Positions 49,407-60,929 of a DNA stretch of 64,000 nt are shown here, piece after piece. This DNA comes from Myxococcales bacterium. Lineage in GTDB: Bacteria > Myxococcota > UBA727 > JABDBI01. Position 1 is the first letter of the stretch. The number at the start of each line of letters is the position of its first letter. The stretch covers positions 150,329 through 214,328 of the forward strand of contig JAHFEF010000001.1 of assembly GCA_023248545.1 (NCBI GenBank). The letters run 5' to 3'. A program made the position numbers and the translations under genes. The notes under the pieces were generated by a model. It was not told where the DNA came from and did not search any database. It was given only the letters and a program-made list of their open reading frames with translations.

Positions 49407-51353
49407 TCACCCAAGCACCAAAATCGCATCACCCGTCTTAATCGCACTGTTATCGTGCACCAAGATTTCCTGGACGGTTTTTATTGCCGTCCCCTCGTAT
49501 TTGAGGGGATGAAAGCATTTCATGACTTCGATGAGCCCGAGTGTGTCCCCAGGTTTTAAAACAGATCCGACTTGAACAAACGGCGGGTCTTTTGGACTGG
49601 CTCGTAAATAAAACAGACCATCCAATGGCGCTCGAATGATATCGCCTGCCTTCGCTGAAGCTACGGCAGGCAAGCCTGAATCTTCTTTTCCAAAGGGGAG
49701 GGGGAATTGAACAGCTCTTGCTTGTTGAACTGCCTCAAAATCATGCAAACTCCAGATTCTGGGGTTCTTGATGCGTCGATGGTTTTGCGCTTGATAGCAA
49801 CACTCGACCAAGCATTCTAAATAGTCACGCAGCTCGGCGAGTTTAACCACTTCGTCGGTGTCCATCTGCCCGGCAGCTTTGAACGGATCCATATCGGCTT
49901 CGATGCGTTCGGCCAACACTTGCATCTGGTCGACTTCACCCGGGCGTGTTTTGAACGCCCCGAGTGCCAGAGTTTTGCCTTCCATCACAGCCAGTCGGGA
50001 CAAACACGTCGATAATTGGATCACCGGGTCATAGGGCAGCCCCGCCATGGCATAATAGCCTGCTCCAGAAGCCTTGCGTAATAAAATAGTAATCAATGGC
50101 GTTTGGCTGATTGAGTTGGCGTAAATCAAACTCGAGCCATAGCCTAATAATCCCTGTTTCTCGGCTTCCAATCCGACGTCAAATCCAGAAACATCTTGGA
50201 GCCAAATCAGGGGGATGCCGTCGGCGTCACAGGCACGGCTAAACTGGGCGAGTTTCGCGACGCCTTCTTTGTATAAAATCCCCCCTGGGCGTTTTTGATT
50301 GGGATCTTTGGGGTGTGGCAACAGGCCTTGGGCATTGGCAGCGATGCCAACATAGAGACCGTTGATTTTGGCGATACCTGTGACGACTTCGTGCCCTGTA
50401 TCCGAAAATAATTCCCAAAATAAGCTGTCGTCGACCAGGCGAGCAATAACTTGCTTGATATCATAGGTTGGAAGCAGGAGTCCGGTAAGTTCTTCAGGGC
50501 TGAACGCCGGCTTGGAGGCCTCGACGCCATTTCGATAGTAAGACACAGCACTCGAGCAGCATTGGCTGATTTCTTCTCGGATGCGCGCCAAGCAAGTTTG
50601 ATCATCGGGGACCCGAAAATCTGCGCAGTTCGAGACGTGCACGTGAATGCTTGGGCCGCCGATATCGATGGAGCTTAAGTTCTGGCTTTTGGCGCCCTGA
50701 ATCAACGCTGCCCCGGCGATGACCATGTAGGCTTGTTCGGTCATGTAGACTTTGTCGGAGATGATCGGCATGTAGCCGCCGCCAGCGATGCAATCTCCAA
50801 AGACGCCGGCGATTTGAGGCACGCCGGCGTTGGAGAGTAAGCTGTTCATTTTGAAAATGTGCCCCGCGCCACGCTGGCCCGGGAACGTATGCGATTGTTC
50901 AGGCAAATACAGCCCCGAGCAATCGACCAAATAAATCACGGGCAGTTTGAGTTTGAGGGCGATTTCTTGGGCGCGAATTATTTTTTCAGGGGTTTTGGGC
51001 CACCAGGATCCAGAGGCTACCGTATTGTCGTTGGCGATAATTATACACCAACGGTCTTCAATTTTAATAAATCCCGTGATGACACCGGCTGCAGGAGCAT
51101 CTTTGTCTTCACCGCCGGATCTGACGAGGGTACCGATGGGGATAACCTCACCCAGTAATGCCAGGCGCTCCCACGTCGTTAACTTGCCCTTAGCATGCAC
51201 ACGCTCTTGGTATTTTTGGCCCCAGCCTTGTTTAATTGCTGAACGCTTTTGATCCAACAGCTGTTCTTTAGAATTAATTTGGGTCTGGTTTTCTAAAAAA
51301 GCAGCGTCTTTTGAAGCAGCTGATCCAATCGGGTTTAGAATCACTTTGGCCAT
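49407..51353 (-). CDS. acyl-CoA carboxylase carboxyltransferase subunit with C-terminal fused biotin-carboxyl-carrier domain
   Basis: PccB-like N-terminus ([15 protein letters not shown]) and carboxyltransferase core. C-terminal LIEVMKCF biotinyl-lysine motif. Confidence 0.85.
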   Translation of the reverse strand: MAKVILNPIGSAASKDAAFLENQTQINSKEQLLDQKRSAIKQGWGQKYQERVHAKGKLTTWERLALLGEVIPIGTLVRSGGEDKDAPAAGVITGFIKIEDRWCIIIANDNTVASGSWWPKTPEKIIRAQEIALKLKLPVIYLVDCSGLYLPEQSHTFPGQRGAGHIFKMNSLLSNAGVPQIAGVFGDCIAGGGYMPIISDKVYMTEQAYMVIAGAALIQGAKSQNLSSIDIGGPSIHVHVSNCADFRVPDDQTCLARIREEISQCCSSAVSYYRNGVEASKPAFSPEELTGLLLPTYDIKQVIARLVDDSLFWELFSDTGHEVVTGIAKINGLYVGIAANAQGLLPHPKDPNQKRPGGILYKEGVAKLAQFSRACDADGIPLIWLQDVSGFDVGLEAEKQGLLGYGSSLIYANSISQTPLITILLRKASGAGYYAMAGLPYDPVIQLSTCLSRLAVMEGKTLALGAFKTRPGEVDQMQVLAERIEADMDPFKAAGQMDTDEVVKLAELRDYLECLVECCYQAQNHRRIKNPRIWSLHDFEAVQQARAVQFPLPFGKEDSGLPAVASAKAGDIIRAPLDGLFYLRASPKDPPFVQVGSVLKPGDTLGLIEVMKCFHPLKYEGTAIKTVQEILVHDNSAIKTGDAILVLG

Positions 51354-52651
51354 GTGAAATCCTCAAAAAAGGCGCAAGAATATTGGCCTTTGATAAAATT
51401 TTTGTCTTGTACAATCGCTTGGTGTAATTTTTGCGTCGTGGGCACACCCTCGATCGTGAGTTCACCCAGGGCGTGTTGTAAATTTTTGATGGCTTCTGCG
51501 CGCGTTTTGCCGTGTGAGATTAATTTTCCCAGCATCGAGTCATAATAAGGCGTGACGAGCGTGCCTGTTTCTAAGTAGCTATCAAAGCGGCTATGTTTGG
51601 GGATTTTTAATTGGGTGACCGTGCCCGGTGCTTCGGCGTTGATTCGGCACTCTATCGCATGGCCTTGGGGGCCCTGATAGTGGATATCGAGATGCTCGCC
51701 GGCGGCGATTTTAATTTGCCAGGCAATCAAATCCAATCCTGTGACCCGTTCTGTCACGGGGTGCTCGACCTGAAGCCGGGTGTTCATTTCCATGAAATAT
51801 AAATTAGATTGGGCATCGAGCAAGAATTCGAGTGTTCCGGCACCCAGATAGCCGATTTTTGAAAGTGCTTGGATAATTTGTTGTCCCATCGAATTGCGCA
51901 GTGATTCAGGAAAATTCGGGGCAGGGGCTTCTTCGAGTAATTTTTGGTGCCGTTTTTGAACCGAGCACTCGCGTTCACCGAGGTGGATGATTGTTCCATA
52001 GGCATCGGCCAAGATTTGAAATTCGATATGCCTGGCTTTTTCGATGTATTTTTCAAGATAAAGCTCAGGATTTGAAAATGCTTTTTCGGCTTCGGTTCGG
52101 GCTTCTACATACGCCGCTGGCAACTCTTTGGCAGAGTGTACCAAGCGCATGCCTTTGCCGCCGCCGCCGGCCGTGGCTTTCAGCAGCACCGGGTAGCCCA
52201 GCTGTTTGGCCATTTCCAGCGCGTCGTGCTCAGATTCCAACAGCTTCGAAGAGCCTGGCAATACGGGCAATCCTGCGGCTTTCATGGTTTTGATCGCCGT
52301 GGCTTTGTCGCCCATCTGTCTGATTTGGTGCGGCTTCGGACCTATAAAAGTCAATTTTTGCTGTTCGCAGCGCGTCGCAAACAATGCATTCTCAGACAAA
52401 AAGCCATAACCAGGGTGAATCGCTTCGCAATCTGTTTCTTCGGCCGCTTTGAGCAGAGCGTCTTGGTTTAAGTAGCTTTTGGACGCCGGTGCTTCGCCGA
52501 TGCGTATCGCTTGTGCGGCTTGCTTGAGATAGCTTAGATGGGTATCCGCGTCGCTGTAAACACATACGGTTTCGATGCCGAGTTCTTGGCAGGTGCGTAA
52601 AATGCGAGCAGCAATTTCGCCGCGGTTGGCAATTAAAATGCGCCTAAACAT
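51341..52651 (-). CDS. accC: biotin carboxylase
   Basis: [17 protein letters not shown] and ATP-grasp motifs. 436 aa. Confidence 0.9.
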   Translation of the reverse strand: MFRRILIANRGEIAARILRTCQELGIETVCVYSDADTHLSYLKQAAQAIRIGEAPASKSYLNQDALLKAAEETDCEAIHPGYGFLSENALFATRCEQQKLTFIGPKPHQIRQMGDKATAIKTMKAAGLPVLPGSSKLLESEHDALEMAKQLGYPVLLKATAGGGGKGMRLVHSAKELPAAYVEARTEAEKAFSNPELYLEKYIEKARHIEFQILADAYGTIIHLGERECSVQKRHQKLLEEAPAPNFPESLRNSMGQQIIQALSKIGYLGAGTLEFLLDAQSNLYFMEMNTRLQVEHPVTERVTGLDLIAWQIKIAAGEHLDIHYQGPQGHAIECRINAEAPGTVTQLKIPKHSRFDSYLETGTLVTPYYDSMLGKLISHGKTRAEAIKNLQHALGELTIEGVPTTQKLHQAIVQDKNFIKGQYSCAFFEDFTWPK

Positions 52652-53186
52652 GTGGAAAGTTCTTCCACATCATAGACTCCATGGGGCGAGGCATTTTCTC
52701 ACGGTATTTGGCGGATTCTTTTTGATGGTAGGGTATGAGTATTTCGCCGCTGAGTTCGAAATAGATCAGTTGGCCGATGGGCATGCCGGCGTAAACGCGT
52801 ACCGGTTGTTTGACCGAGATTTCGAGTGTCCAAAAATTACAAAATCCAACGTCGCCTTTCCCAGCCGTTGCATGAATATCAATTCCGAGGCGTCCAATGC
52901 TTGATTTGCCTTCTAAAAACGGAACATGTTTGTGGGTTTCTGTGTACTCTTCGGTGACGCCTAGATAAAACTTGTGGGGTTCGAGCACCAGGCCCTCTTC
53001 AGGGATGTCGAAATAGCTGATGGGGTTATGGGCTTTGGCGTCTAAAACGGGGGAATCATAGGTCGCGAGCGTTTTACCCAGGTGGACATCGTAGCTGTTG
53101 GAGCCTAGGCAGCTTGGTTTAAACGGTTCTATTTTTATCTTGCCCGAGGCCAGGCCGGCTTTAATTTGCGCGTCGCTTAAAATCAT
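52644..53186 (-). CDS. dcd: dCTP deaminase
   Basis: SSIGRLGIDIHATAG...PYHQKESAKYR matches the Dcd C-terminal half. Confidence 0.85.
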   Translation of the reverse strand: MILSDAQIKAGLASGKIKIEPFKPSCLGSNSYDVHLGKTLATYDSPVLDAKAHNPISYFDIPEEGLVLEPHKFYLGVTEEYTETHKHVPFLEGKSSIGRLGIDIHATAGKGDVGFCNFWTLEISVKQPVRVYAGMPIGQLIYFELSGEILIPYHQKESAKYREKMPRPMESMMWKNFPHV

Positions 53187-53231
53187 GGGGGTTCTATAGC
53201 ATCAAACCCAGTTTGTAGTAATATGCTGTTC

Positions 53232-53660
53232 ATGGCAAAAATCAGCATCATCCAAGGTCCCAATCTGAACTTACTCGGCACGCGCGAGCCACATATCTAC
53301 GGACATTTTACGTTGCATGGCATCCATGAACAGCTCAAAAATGTTTTTGGATCGGCCCACCAGTTGGAGTTCTTTCAAAGCAATCACGAGGGGGCTTTGG
53401 TAGACGCGATTCACCGGGTGCAAGATCAAGATGGGTTGATCATCAATGCTGCGGCCTACACGCATGGCTCCTACGCGATTCGGGACGCCATCGCTGCCGT
53501 CGGTAAGCCGGCCATCGAGGTGCATGTGACGAATGTTTTTGCGCGTGAGGCTTTCAGGCATGAATCTGTGATTGCCCCCGTGTGCATAGGGCAGATCACG
53601 GGCTTTGGGGGCTACGGGTATGAGCTGGCGATGTTGGCTCTGCTGGAGCATTTGGCTTAG
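53232..53660 (+). CDS. aroQ: type II 3-dehydroquinate dehydratase
   Basis: ISIIQGPNLNLLGTREP and HVTNVFAREAFRHES. Confidence 0.9.
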   Translation: MAKISIIQGPNLNLLGTREPHIYGHFTLHGIHEQLKNVFGSAHQLEFFQSNHEGALVDAIHRVQDQDGLIINAAAYTHGSYAIRDAIAAVGKPAIEVHVTNVFAREAFRHESVIAPVCIGQITGFGGYGYELAMLALLEHLA

Positions 53661-54670
53661 GAGTCTGTCTTCAGGCCATGCCCAAACACCCAATAAAGCC
53701 ACATAAAAGACGGTACCAAGGCGATAGAACCAAGCCCTAGCGCTGCCAAAACGGGATTCAAAATCGCATGCGAAGCCGCACTGTCTAAGATGCTATGCGT
53801 ATCGACGATTAAATACGGAAATTGCGCCAGCGCCCAGCCGCCCATCATGCAGATCACTTGAATCATGCCAGCAATCTGGGCCGTTCGATCATACCCAAAC
53901 CAAAGTGCCCCAAAGACTGTCAGAGCCGCCAGACCTGTTGCAATCTGAAACTCCAAAGACCAAGTTTGATGCAGGAGAGCCTCATGGACGCCAGGAGCGC
54001 CTGTTTGGGCCGCCCACAAAGCTCCGAAAGCCGTCAGGCCGGTCAAAACAGCAAATATGAAAGCCCGGAATCGGAATGCTTGGTTTAGCTCTGGATCTGG
54101 CGCACGCTGCAGCAAATACAAAGAAGACAGCAGGGCACATAACCATAGCGTCAAAAAGCCGATTAAAAATGGGAACACCTGAAGCCAAGGGTGAATAAAA
54201 TAAGCGGCAAATTCAAAACCCGCTCCTTCGAGCGGAGAGGGTAGAACTGGGATCCGGCCCGAAGACAACGTGCCCAACGTGACACCCAGCATGAAGGGTG
54301 CCAGAATGCTGCCGATTGCAAATATCAAACTCCAGCGTTGTTTAGTCGACTCAGAATCATGCGTTCGAAATACGAATGCCGAGCCTCGTAACACAATCCC
54401 CACCAGCACCAACGTAATCGGGATGTGCAAGACAATGCTCATGGTCTCAAACACCGGCGGGAAACACACAAACAAGAGAACAATAATCAGAATCAGCCAG
54501 ACGTGGTTGGCCTCCCAGATCGGTGCTAATTGATCGGCGATGAGCGCGCGTTGTTTGCGCGTGGCCACGAGATCTAAGATTCCACCACCGAAATCTGCAC
54601 CGGCTGTTAGCATGTACACGCATAATGCTAAGAGCATGATCGCGGCTAGATAATATTCAGGCATCCACAT
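53657..54670 (-). CDS. cydB: cytochrome bd ubiquinol oxidase subunit II
   Basis: 337 aa multi-TM protein with DFGGG. Confidence 0.85.
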   Translation of the reverse strand: MWMPEYYLAAIMLLALCVYMLTAGADFGGGILDLVATRKQRALIADQLAPIWEANHVWLILIIVLLFVCFPPVFETMSIVLHIPITLVLVGIVLRGSAFVFRTHDSESTKQRWSLIFAIGSILAPFMLGVTLGTLSSGRIPVLPSPLEGAGFEFAAYFIHPWLQVFPFLIGFLTLWLCALLSSLYLLQRAPDPELNQAFRFRAFIFAVLTGLTAFGALWAAQTGAPGVHEALLHQTWSLEFQIATGLAALTVFGALWFGYDRTAQIAGMIQVICMMGGWALAQFPYLIVDTHSILDSAASHAILNPVLAALGLGSIALVPSFMWLYWVFGHGLKTDS

Positions 54671-55958
54671 GAAACACCCGCTTTTTGAGCAAATAAATCA
54701 CAACCACCCCCAACAACAGATACAGCGTTGAGAATAACAGAAACGGCACAACCAAATGAGGCATCGGTGTGATGGCCTCGGCCGTTCGCATCACGTGCCA
54801 AATAACCCATGGCTGACGGCCGACTTCAGTGACCACCCATCCGGTTTCAAGGGCGATAAAACCCAGTGGCGACGCCAAAACCAAGAGTTTCAGAAACCAC
54901 TTCAGTGAACTCCAAGATTTTTTGCGCCAGGTGAGAAAAGCACCCAGACAAGCCACGCCCAGCATTGCCAAACCCGACAGGACCATGATTTGAAAACTGA
55001 TGTGCAAAGGCCAAATGGGTGGCCGGTCTTCTTGGGGGAAACTTGTGATGCCCTGAACCGTCGCATCGAAATTTTCATACGCTAAAAAGCTCAGCATGTT
55101 GGGGATTTCAATCGCGTAGTCTGTTCTTTCTTGTGGCTCGTTTGGCCAGCCTAAGATCCTGAGTGGCGCTCCAGCTTGCGTATGCCACTGGCCTTCCATC
55201 GCAGCCAGCTTCAAAGGCTGATATTCGGCCACGTGTTCGGCGCTTAAATGCCCACTGAATAATTGAATGGGAATGGTGATGGCCCCTACCCAGAAGGCGA
55301 TTTGAATCGCTTTTTGGTGCAGCTGTGAACCCGGAGACTTGAGCAGGCCCAGTGCGTGTATGCCCGCGGCCGCAAAGCCTACAGAGACATAGGCCGCCAG
55401 CGTCATGTGAAGAGTCTGAGAAAAAGAAGCGGGATTCCACATGGCTTTGAATGGGTCAAACTGCGTCACAACGCCGTCTGCGAGTGTGAACCCCGCTGGC
55501 GCATTCATCCAGGCATTCGCACAGACCACAAAGATGCCCGATAAAGTGCCACTGATGAAAACAACTATGCCTGTGAGCCAGTGCGCTCGGGGCGAGATCC
55601 TGTCCCAGCCATAAAAATAGATGCCCAAAAATATTGCTTCTAAAAAAAACGCAAAGCCTTCCAGTGAAAAAGGCATACCAATAATCGGTCCAGCGAATTT
55701 CATGAAAGTGGGCCATAAAAGCCCCAGTTCGAATGATAAAGCCGTCCCAGAGACGGCGCCTACGGCAAACATAATGGCCGTTCCCTGGGCCCAGCGCTTG
55801 GCTAAATCGAGATAAACACGGTTTTGGGTTTTCAAATACAGGCCTTCCGCAATCATCATCAGCAAAGGCATCCCAATGCCCATCACCGCAAAGATAATAT
55901 GAAACCCCAAAGACATCGCCATCTGTGACCGGGCCGCCAAAATGTCGCTCATGATCAT
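54657..55958 (-). CDS. cydA: cytochrome bd ubiquinol oxidase subunit I (short Q-loop)
   Basis: 433 aa. N-terminal FHIIFAV...GLY. Overlaps the cydB start. Confidence 0.85.
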   Translation of the reverse strand: MIMSDILAARSQMAMSLGFHIIFAVMGIGMPLLMMIAEGLYLKTQNRVYLDLAKRWAQGTAIMFAVGAVSGTALSFELGLLWPTFMKFAGPIIGMPFSLEGFAFFLEAIFLGIYFYGWDRISPRAHWLTGIVVFISGTLSGIFVVCANAWMNAPAGFTLADGVVTQFDPFKAMWNPASFSQTLHMTLAAYVSVGFAAAGIHALGLLKSPGSQLHQKAIQIAFWVGAITIPIQLFSGHLSAEHVAEYQPLKLAAMEGQWHTQAGAPLRILGWPNEPQERTDYAIEIPNMLSFLAYENFDATVQGITSFPQEDRPPIWPLHISFQIMVLSGLAMLGVACLGAFLTWRKKSWSSLKWFLKLLVLASPLGFIALETGWVVTEVGRQPWVIWHVMRTAEAITPMPHLVVPFLLFSTLYLLLGVVVIYLLKKRVFHVDA

Positions 55959-56023
55959 AGAAATAGAGTGACAAACTCCCGATTGATAAGCAAACGAAAT
56001 TTGTTTTATGTTATTTTATATAT

Positions 56024-57742
56024 ATGAAGATAAATGATGCGATAATATATTTTTTAAGAGAATATGGAGTTAAATATATATACGGAGTAAGTGGTGCCAA
56101 TATTGAGCACATTCACGACTCGATTCACCGATTGGGCCAGGGCAAGTTGGTGTCGGTCATGTCCAAAAGTGAATCTGGGGCTGCTTTTATGGCCGATGCT
56201 CATGCGCGTGTGCATCACACGCTGGGCGTTTGCTGTGCGACTTCGGGGGGTGGCATGCTGAACCTATTGGTAGGCATTGCCGAGTCTTATATGGAGTCTG
56301 TACCCGTGTTGGCTCTGGTCGGGCAGCCACCGACGAGTTTAGAAGGCAAAGGTGCATTTCAGGATTCTTCAGGGTTTGAACGCAGCGTGAAAGGCGAGCA
56401 GCTGTGGGAGTCCGTGGCGAAGCACATGGTGAAGATCACGAAAGCAGAAGATTTCTGGCCTGAATTTTTGCTGGCGCTGCGTGTTGCTTTTGCTGGCCGT
56501 CCAGGACCCGTGGTGGTTTTGTTGCCTAGGGACGTCTATGATTTGGAAGTCCCAGAGCCTAACCCAGCCTGGATTGAGCAGCTTCAGGCGGATATTATCG
56601 CAACCCCAGTCTGTGAGCCGGCGATGGTGACGCGGGTGAGAGCAGCATTGATCGAAGCCAAAAAGCCAGTTTTGATTATTGGCCAGGGCATTCGTGGGTC
56701 ACCCAAATCAGATGCTGTGATTCAATTTGCCATCGAAACGGGGATTCCAGTGGCGACGACTCTGTCTTCTCGGGGAGATTACCCGAATAATCTACAAAAC
56801 TATTTGGGCATGATTGGCATGGCTGGGCATCCATCGGTGCACCAATATATTCAGCAAGAGGCGGATTTAATTTTGGTGGCAGGTTCGGGTTTGAGTGTGT
56901 TAAACCGAGGTCCATTGGGGCCTCGTTTAGATCACTCGAAGACGATTTTTATTAACATCGAAAGCAGTTCGATTCGTCATTCTTTTCCGAGAGCTCAAGT
57001 GGTAGAAGTCGACGTTGGGGACTTTTTTGAGCGTTTGTTTAAGCAGCGTGAGGGGCTCACGTGGCCGTTTCCTGCGAACTATAAACGCCAGGTCTACAAA
57101 CCCATATTGTCTAACTTGCCGGATCATCGAAACTGGGAGGGCAGCCTGCTGCAAAGCCAAGCCATATTGGCTCTGCAAGAAATTTTGCCGAATCATGGAC
57201 ACTTGTTGTTTGACGCTGGCAATTGTGCTGCCGCAGCGATGCATTACAGCCTGGTTCCGGCGCACACAACTTCGACGATTGCGCTCGGGATGGGTGGCAT
57301 GGGCTATTCAATTGGGGGCGCTATTGGAGCGCAGCTGGGCTCAGATGAGCATGCCCGAACGGTTGTTTTTGTAGGCGATGGAGCGTTTTTAATGTGCGGT
57401 CTCGAGATTCACACGGCGGTTGCACTCAAATTGCCGATTTTATACGTTGTTTTTAATAATAACCAACATGGCATGTGCACGACGCGGCAGCAGCTGTATT
57501 TTGAAGGCCGCTTGGAATGCGTGTCTTATCCTTGTGTTGATATTGCCCAGATTGCCCGAGGTCTTGGAAATAGCCAAAGCATTTGGACCGGGCAGGCCTC
57601 GAGTCTAGATGAGTTGCAAGATTGTCTGAGAGACTATCGTCAACACATGGAAGTGCCCGGTGTGCTAGATTTAAGAATCTCGCGAGAAGAAGTGCCGCCG
57701 TTTACAGCCTTCTTGCCACCCGATGCGGAGGTGATTGATTGA
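56024..57742 (+). CDS. thiamine-diphosphate-dependent enzyme (acetolactate synthase large-subunit-like)
   Basis: 572 aa. N-terminal Pyr domain (GVSGANIEH...HTLGVCCATSGGGMLN). C-terminal PP domain (VFVGDGAFLMCGLEIHTAV). Confidence 0.8.
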   Translation: MKINDAIIYFLREYGVKYIYGVSGANIEHIHDSIHRLGQGKLVSVMSKSESGAAFMADAHARVHHTLGVCCATSGGGMLNLLVGIAESYMESVPVLALVGQPPTSLEGKGAFQDSSGFERSVKGEQLWESVAKHMVKITKAEDFWPEFLLALRVAFAGRPGPVVVLLPRDVYDLEVPEPNPAWIEQLQADIIATPVCEPAMVTRVRAALIEAKKPVLIIGQGIRGSPKSDAVIQFAIETGIPVATTLSSRGDYPNNLQNYLGMIGMAGHPSVHQYIQQEADLILVAGSGLSVLNRGPLGPRLDHSKTIFINIESSSIRHSFPRAQVVEVDVGDFFERLFKQREGLTWPFPANYKRQVYKPILSNLPDHRNWEGSLLQSQAILALQEILPNHGHLLFDAGNCAAAAMHYSLVPAHTTSTIALGMGGMGYSIGGAIGAQLGSDEHARTVVFVGDGAFLMCGLEIHTAVALKLPILYVVFNNNQHGMCTTRQQLYFEGRLECVSYPCVDIAQIARGLGNSQSIWTGQASSLDELQDCLRDYRQHMEVPGVLDLRISREEVPPFTAFLPPDAEVID

Positions 57743-58737
57743 TGAACCGAGCTCATATTGTTGGCATTGCTAGATTTATGCCAGAACAAATTATTTATAA
57801 TACAGTTTCAGATGACCACGGTGAGTTTTTTAAGGCTCCCAAAGAACGCCGGTTTGCTTCGCCAAAATATTCGTCAGCAGACTTAGGTGTCTTGGCGCTC
57901 CAGAATCTCTTGAAACAAACCAATTTTAAAGCCGAAGATTTAGATTTGATTTTGGTTTCGTGTTCGATTCAAGATTTTGTGAATATTTCTGTTGGGCCGG
58001 ATATCCAATATCGATCGGGAGCGACCCGGGCCCAGGTGTTAAATATAGATACTGGCTGTGCGGCTTATGTGTCCATGTTGAACGTTGCCGACGCGTTTAT
58101 CAAAGCCGGTGTTCACAAAAATATCGCCATTGTGACGATTACTAATTTTATCTCGCGGCTGGCAGATTTTCAAAAATCGCCGCGTTCTCAAGTATTAGGA
58201 GATGGAGCCTCAGCAACTCTAATTATTCCGGGCGAGGCGAGCATCTTGGCCAGCGTGGAAGAGTCTCACGGAGAGAACTACCCTCTTTGGAAGTGTCGTC
58301 CCCATGGTCCATCGGGTGAGCCCCAGAACTATTGGGAAACCAACACGGGGCCATTGGAAGTCGAATTCGACGTCGAACAGATTGAAAAAATTAAAAAGAA
58401 CTCAATCGAATTGATAGTCAGTGCTGTCAACAAGAGCATCCAAAAAGCCGAGCTCACCAAAGACCAAATCGATTTTTTAATCACGCACCAGCCGAATCGG
58501 GGTTTGGTCCAAAAATGGCGCGATGGCATTGAGATCGATGTTCCCAGAGCGTTCGATACGTTCGAGCAATTTGGCAACCTGTTTCAGAGCTCGATTCCTG
58601 TGACACTGTCGGTTTTGATGGAGTCAGGGCGTTTGAAATCCGGGAATAAACTGGCGCTGGGGACGTTTTCAAATGCGGGAGATTTCGCGGCGGGGATGGT
58701 CTTGAATTTCCCGGGAGAGGGTCGTATGCCGGCCTGA
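57739..58737 (+). CDS. FabH-like 3-oxoacyl-ACP synthase III family protein
   Basis: Cys (DTGCAAYV), His (ITHQPNRG) and Asn (FGNLFQSSIPV) triad positions. Confidence 0.75.
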   Translation: MMNRAHIVGIARFMPEQIIYNTVSDDHGEFFKAPKERRFASPKYSSADLGVLALQNLLKQTNFKAEDLDLILVSCSIQDFVNISVGPDIQYRSGATRAQVLNIDTGCAAYVSMLNVADAFIKAGVHKNIAIVTITNFISRLADFQKSPRSQVLGDGASATLIIPGEASILASVEESHGENYPLWKCRPHGPSGEPQNYWETNTGPLEVEFDVEQIEKIKKNSIELIVSAVNKSIQKAELTKDQIDFLITHQPNRGLVQKWRDGIEIDVPRAFDTFEQFGNLFQSSIPVTLSVLMESGRLKSGNKLALGTFSNAGDFAAGMVLNFPGEGRMPA

Positions 58738-59555
58738 TGAATATTAATTCTGAATCGATTGTTCACGATCTCACCCAGATTCGACAGAAAAAGCCATTGA
58801 TTCACAACGTGACCAACTATGTCACGATGGAATGGGTTGCGAATGGCTTGTTGTCTTTGGGCGCTTCGCCCGTGATGGCCCATGCGCCTGAAGAAGTAGC
58901 AGATATTGTCAAAATTTCCGGGGCTCTGGTGATGAATATCGGAACGCTGAGTGCTCCGTGGGTTTCAAGCATGAAGCTGGCGCTTCAGGCAGCCAAGGAC
59001 TATGGAGTTCCTGTTGTACTGGACCCAGTCGGAGCAGGCGCGACGCCGTATCGAACCCAAGTCGCGCGTGATTTATTATCACAAGGTGGGGTATCAGTGG
59101 TGAGGGGTAACCCGTCTGAGATTTGCGCGTTGGCCGGCGGCAGTCCCACAACGCGGGGTGTCGAGACGTCGTTGTTGCCCAGTGAAGCTTGTGCTTCTGC
59201 GTCAAAACTCCACCAGGAGTTTGGGTGTGTGGTGGTTGCCAGTGGACCCGATGATTTAATCCTAGGGCCTGAACGTGCCATGCGGGTGTATAATGGCACA
59301 GCCATGATGGCGCGTGTGACGGGCATGGGCTGCTTGGTATCTGCTGTGATTGCTGCGTTTTGCGCGGTTCAAAAAGACCCGACGCTGGCAGCTGCACACG
59401 CCATGGCCTATTGCGGAATCGTGGGTGAACGAGCAGCAGTCAATATTCAAGGCCCTGGCTCTTATGCGGTCACGTATGTGGATTTATTGAGCGAGCTGAA
59501 AGAAGATTGGATTTCAAAATTACTGACGGTTGAGTCTCATGTCTCGCTGTCTTGA
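58737..59555 (+). CDS. thiM: hydroxyethylthiazole kinase
   Basis: LIHNVTNYVTMEWVANGLLSLGASPVMAH. Confidence 0.85.
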   Translation: MNINSESIVHDLTQIRQKKPLIHNVTNYVTMEWVANGLLSLGASPVMAHAPEEVADIVKISGALVMNIGTLSAPWVSSMKLALQAAKDYGVPVVLDPVGAGATPYRTQVARDLLSQGGVSVVRGNPSEICALAGGSPTTRGVETSLLPSEACASASKLHQEFGCVVVASGPDDLILGPERAMRVYNGTAMMARVTGMGCLVSAVIAAFCAVQKDPTLAAAHAMAYCGIVGERAAVNIQGPGSYAVTYVDLLSELKEDWISKLLTVESHVSLS

Positions 59556-60141
59556 TATTCGGTTGCAACTGGTGCTTGAAGACGGTCAAAATTATGACTG
59601 GTTGATTGGCGAGGCTGTTCGAGGGGGAGTGACTTGTGTGCAGTGGCGCCACAAGTTTTTGAATGATCGTGATTTTTATCATCGAGCTATTAATTTGAAA
59701 GCCATTTGCAGACGCCATCGGGTACCCCTAATTATCAACGACCGGGTGGATATTGCGCTGGCAATGGAAGCCGACGGAGTGCACCTGGGACAAAGTGATA
59801 TGCCGTTTGAAGTGGCACGGCGTCTGTTACCGGATTTTATGAGTATTGGCTTATCGGCGGAATGCTTCGAGGATGTTATGTCTGCCGAAAAATTAGACCT
59901 TGATTACTTGGCCATCAGCCCTGTATTCTCGACGCCGACGAAGACGGATACAGCTTCGTCGTTTGGTGTGGATGGTTTCAAGAAGGCGCGTGCAATGAGT
60001 CGACACAGATTGGTTGCGATTGGGGGTGTGAATGCGAAGAATGCCGCCCTACTTCGGCAAGCGGGTGCGGATGGCTTGGCTGTTGTGAGTGCAATTGGAC
60101 GAGCTGAGGCGCCGTACGAGGCGGCTAGGGGGATTTCATGA
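59530..60141 (+). CDS. thiE: thiamine-phosphate synthase
   Basis: [24 protein letters not shown]. Start probably the Met at 59542. Confidence 0.85.
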   Translation: MSLMSRCLDIRLQLVLEDGQNYDWLIGEAVRGGVTCVQWRHKFLNDRDFYHRAINLKAICRRHRVPLIINDRVDIALAMEADGVHLGQSDMPFEVARRLLPDFMSIGLSAECFEDVMSAEKLDLDYLAISPVFSTPTKTDTASSFGVDGFKKARAMSRHRLVAIGGVNAKNAALLRQAGADGLAVVSAIGRAEAPYEAARGIS

Positions 60142-60929
60142 AACGCGTACTCACCCTAGCAGGTTCTGACTCAGGAGGCGGTGCCGGAATCCAGGCTGAC
60201 TTAAAGACTTTCATGGCATTAGGTTGTTATGGGGCATCGGCAATTACAGCGCTAACGGCTCAAAATACGTTGGGTGTTCGTGGAATCTTTCCTGTTTCAC
60301 CCAGTTTTGTCACCGATCAAATCGAAGCTGTATTAGAAGACATTGGCGCCGATGTGATTAAAATTGGCATGCTGTGTAATATGCGAATTATTGAGGCTGT
60401 TGCCCTATGTTTGAAGCGGTTTCCAGAAATCCCAGTAATTTTGGATCCCGTGATGATTTCACAAACAGGTCATGCTCTGTTAGAACCTGATGCCGTGATG
60501 GCTTTGCGCGAATATTTGTTTCCCAGAGCTTATTTGCTGACTCCCAATTTGGACGAAGCCAAAGCACTGGTGGGCGAGTTTGATGTCGAGAGCACGGCGC
60601 ATAAAATCTTGTCGATGGGGCCCAGAGCTGTCTTGGTAAAGGGCGGCCATCGGAATTCAAAAGCCTATGAGGCTGCACAAGACTATTTGTTGTGTTTTGG
60701 TAAAACCAAGGGGACTTATTTTGCGTCGCCCTGGATTAAAACGCGCAACACGCATGGCACTGGCTGTACGCTTTCGGCCGCGATTGCGGCTTATTTGGCG
60801 CAAGGCTTGTTATTGGTTGATGCAATCGGCGAAGCAAAATCGTATTTAAATGGCGCTTTAAATAAGGCCAGTGGCCAATCGGTCGGCGAAGGGGCAGGGC
60901 CTGTCTGTCATCATTGGAGAATCTTATGA
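60138..60929 (+). CDS. thiD: hydroxymethylpyrimidine/phosphomethylpyrimidine kinase
   Basis: [21 protein letters not shown]. Confidence 0.85.
   Translation: MKRVLTLAGSDSGGGAGIQADLKTFMALGCYGASAITALTAQNTLGVRGIFPVSPSFVTDQIEAVLEDIGADVIKIGMLCNMRIIEAVALCLKRFPEIPVILDPVMISQTGHALLEPDAVMALREYLFPRAYLLTPNLDEAKALVGEFDVESTAHKILSMGPRAVLVKGGHRNSKAYEAAQDYLLCFGKTKGTYFASPWIKTRNTHGTGCTLSAAIAAYLAQGLLLVDAIGEAKSYLNGALNKASGQSVGEGAGPVCHHWRIL

Noticed and set aside
55959-56023. Possible TPP riboswitch upstream of the thiamine operon.
   Set aside because: The leader is only 65 bp and extremely AT-rich. No thi-box core (CUGAGA / ACCUGAUCYGG) was found by eye. A covariance-model scan is needed for certainty.
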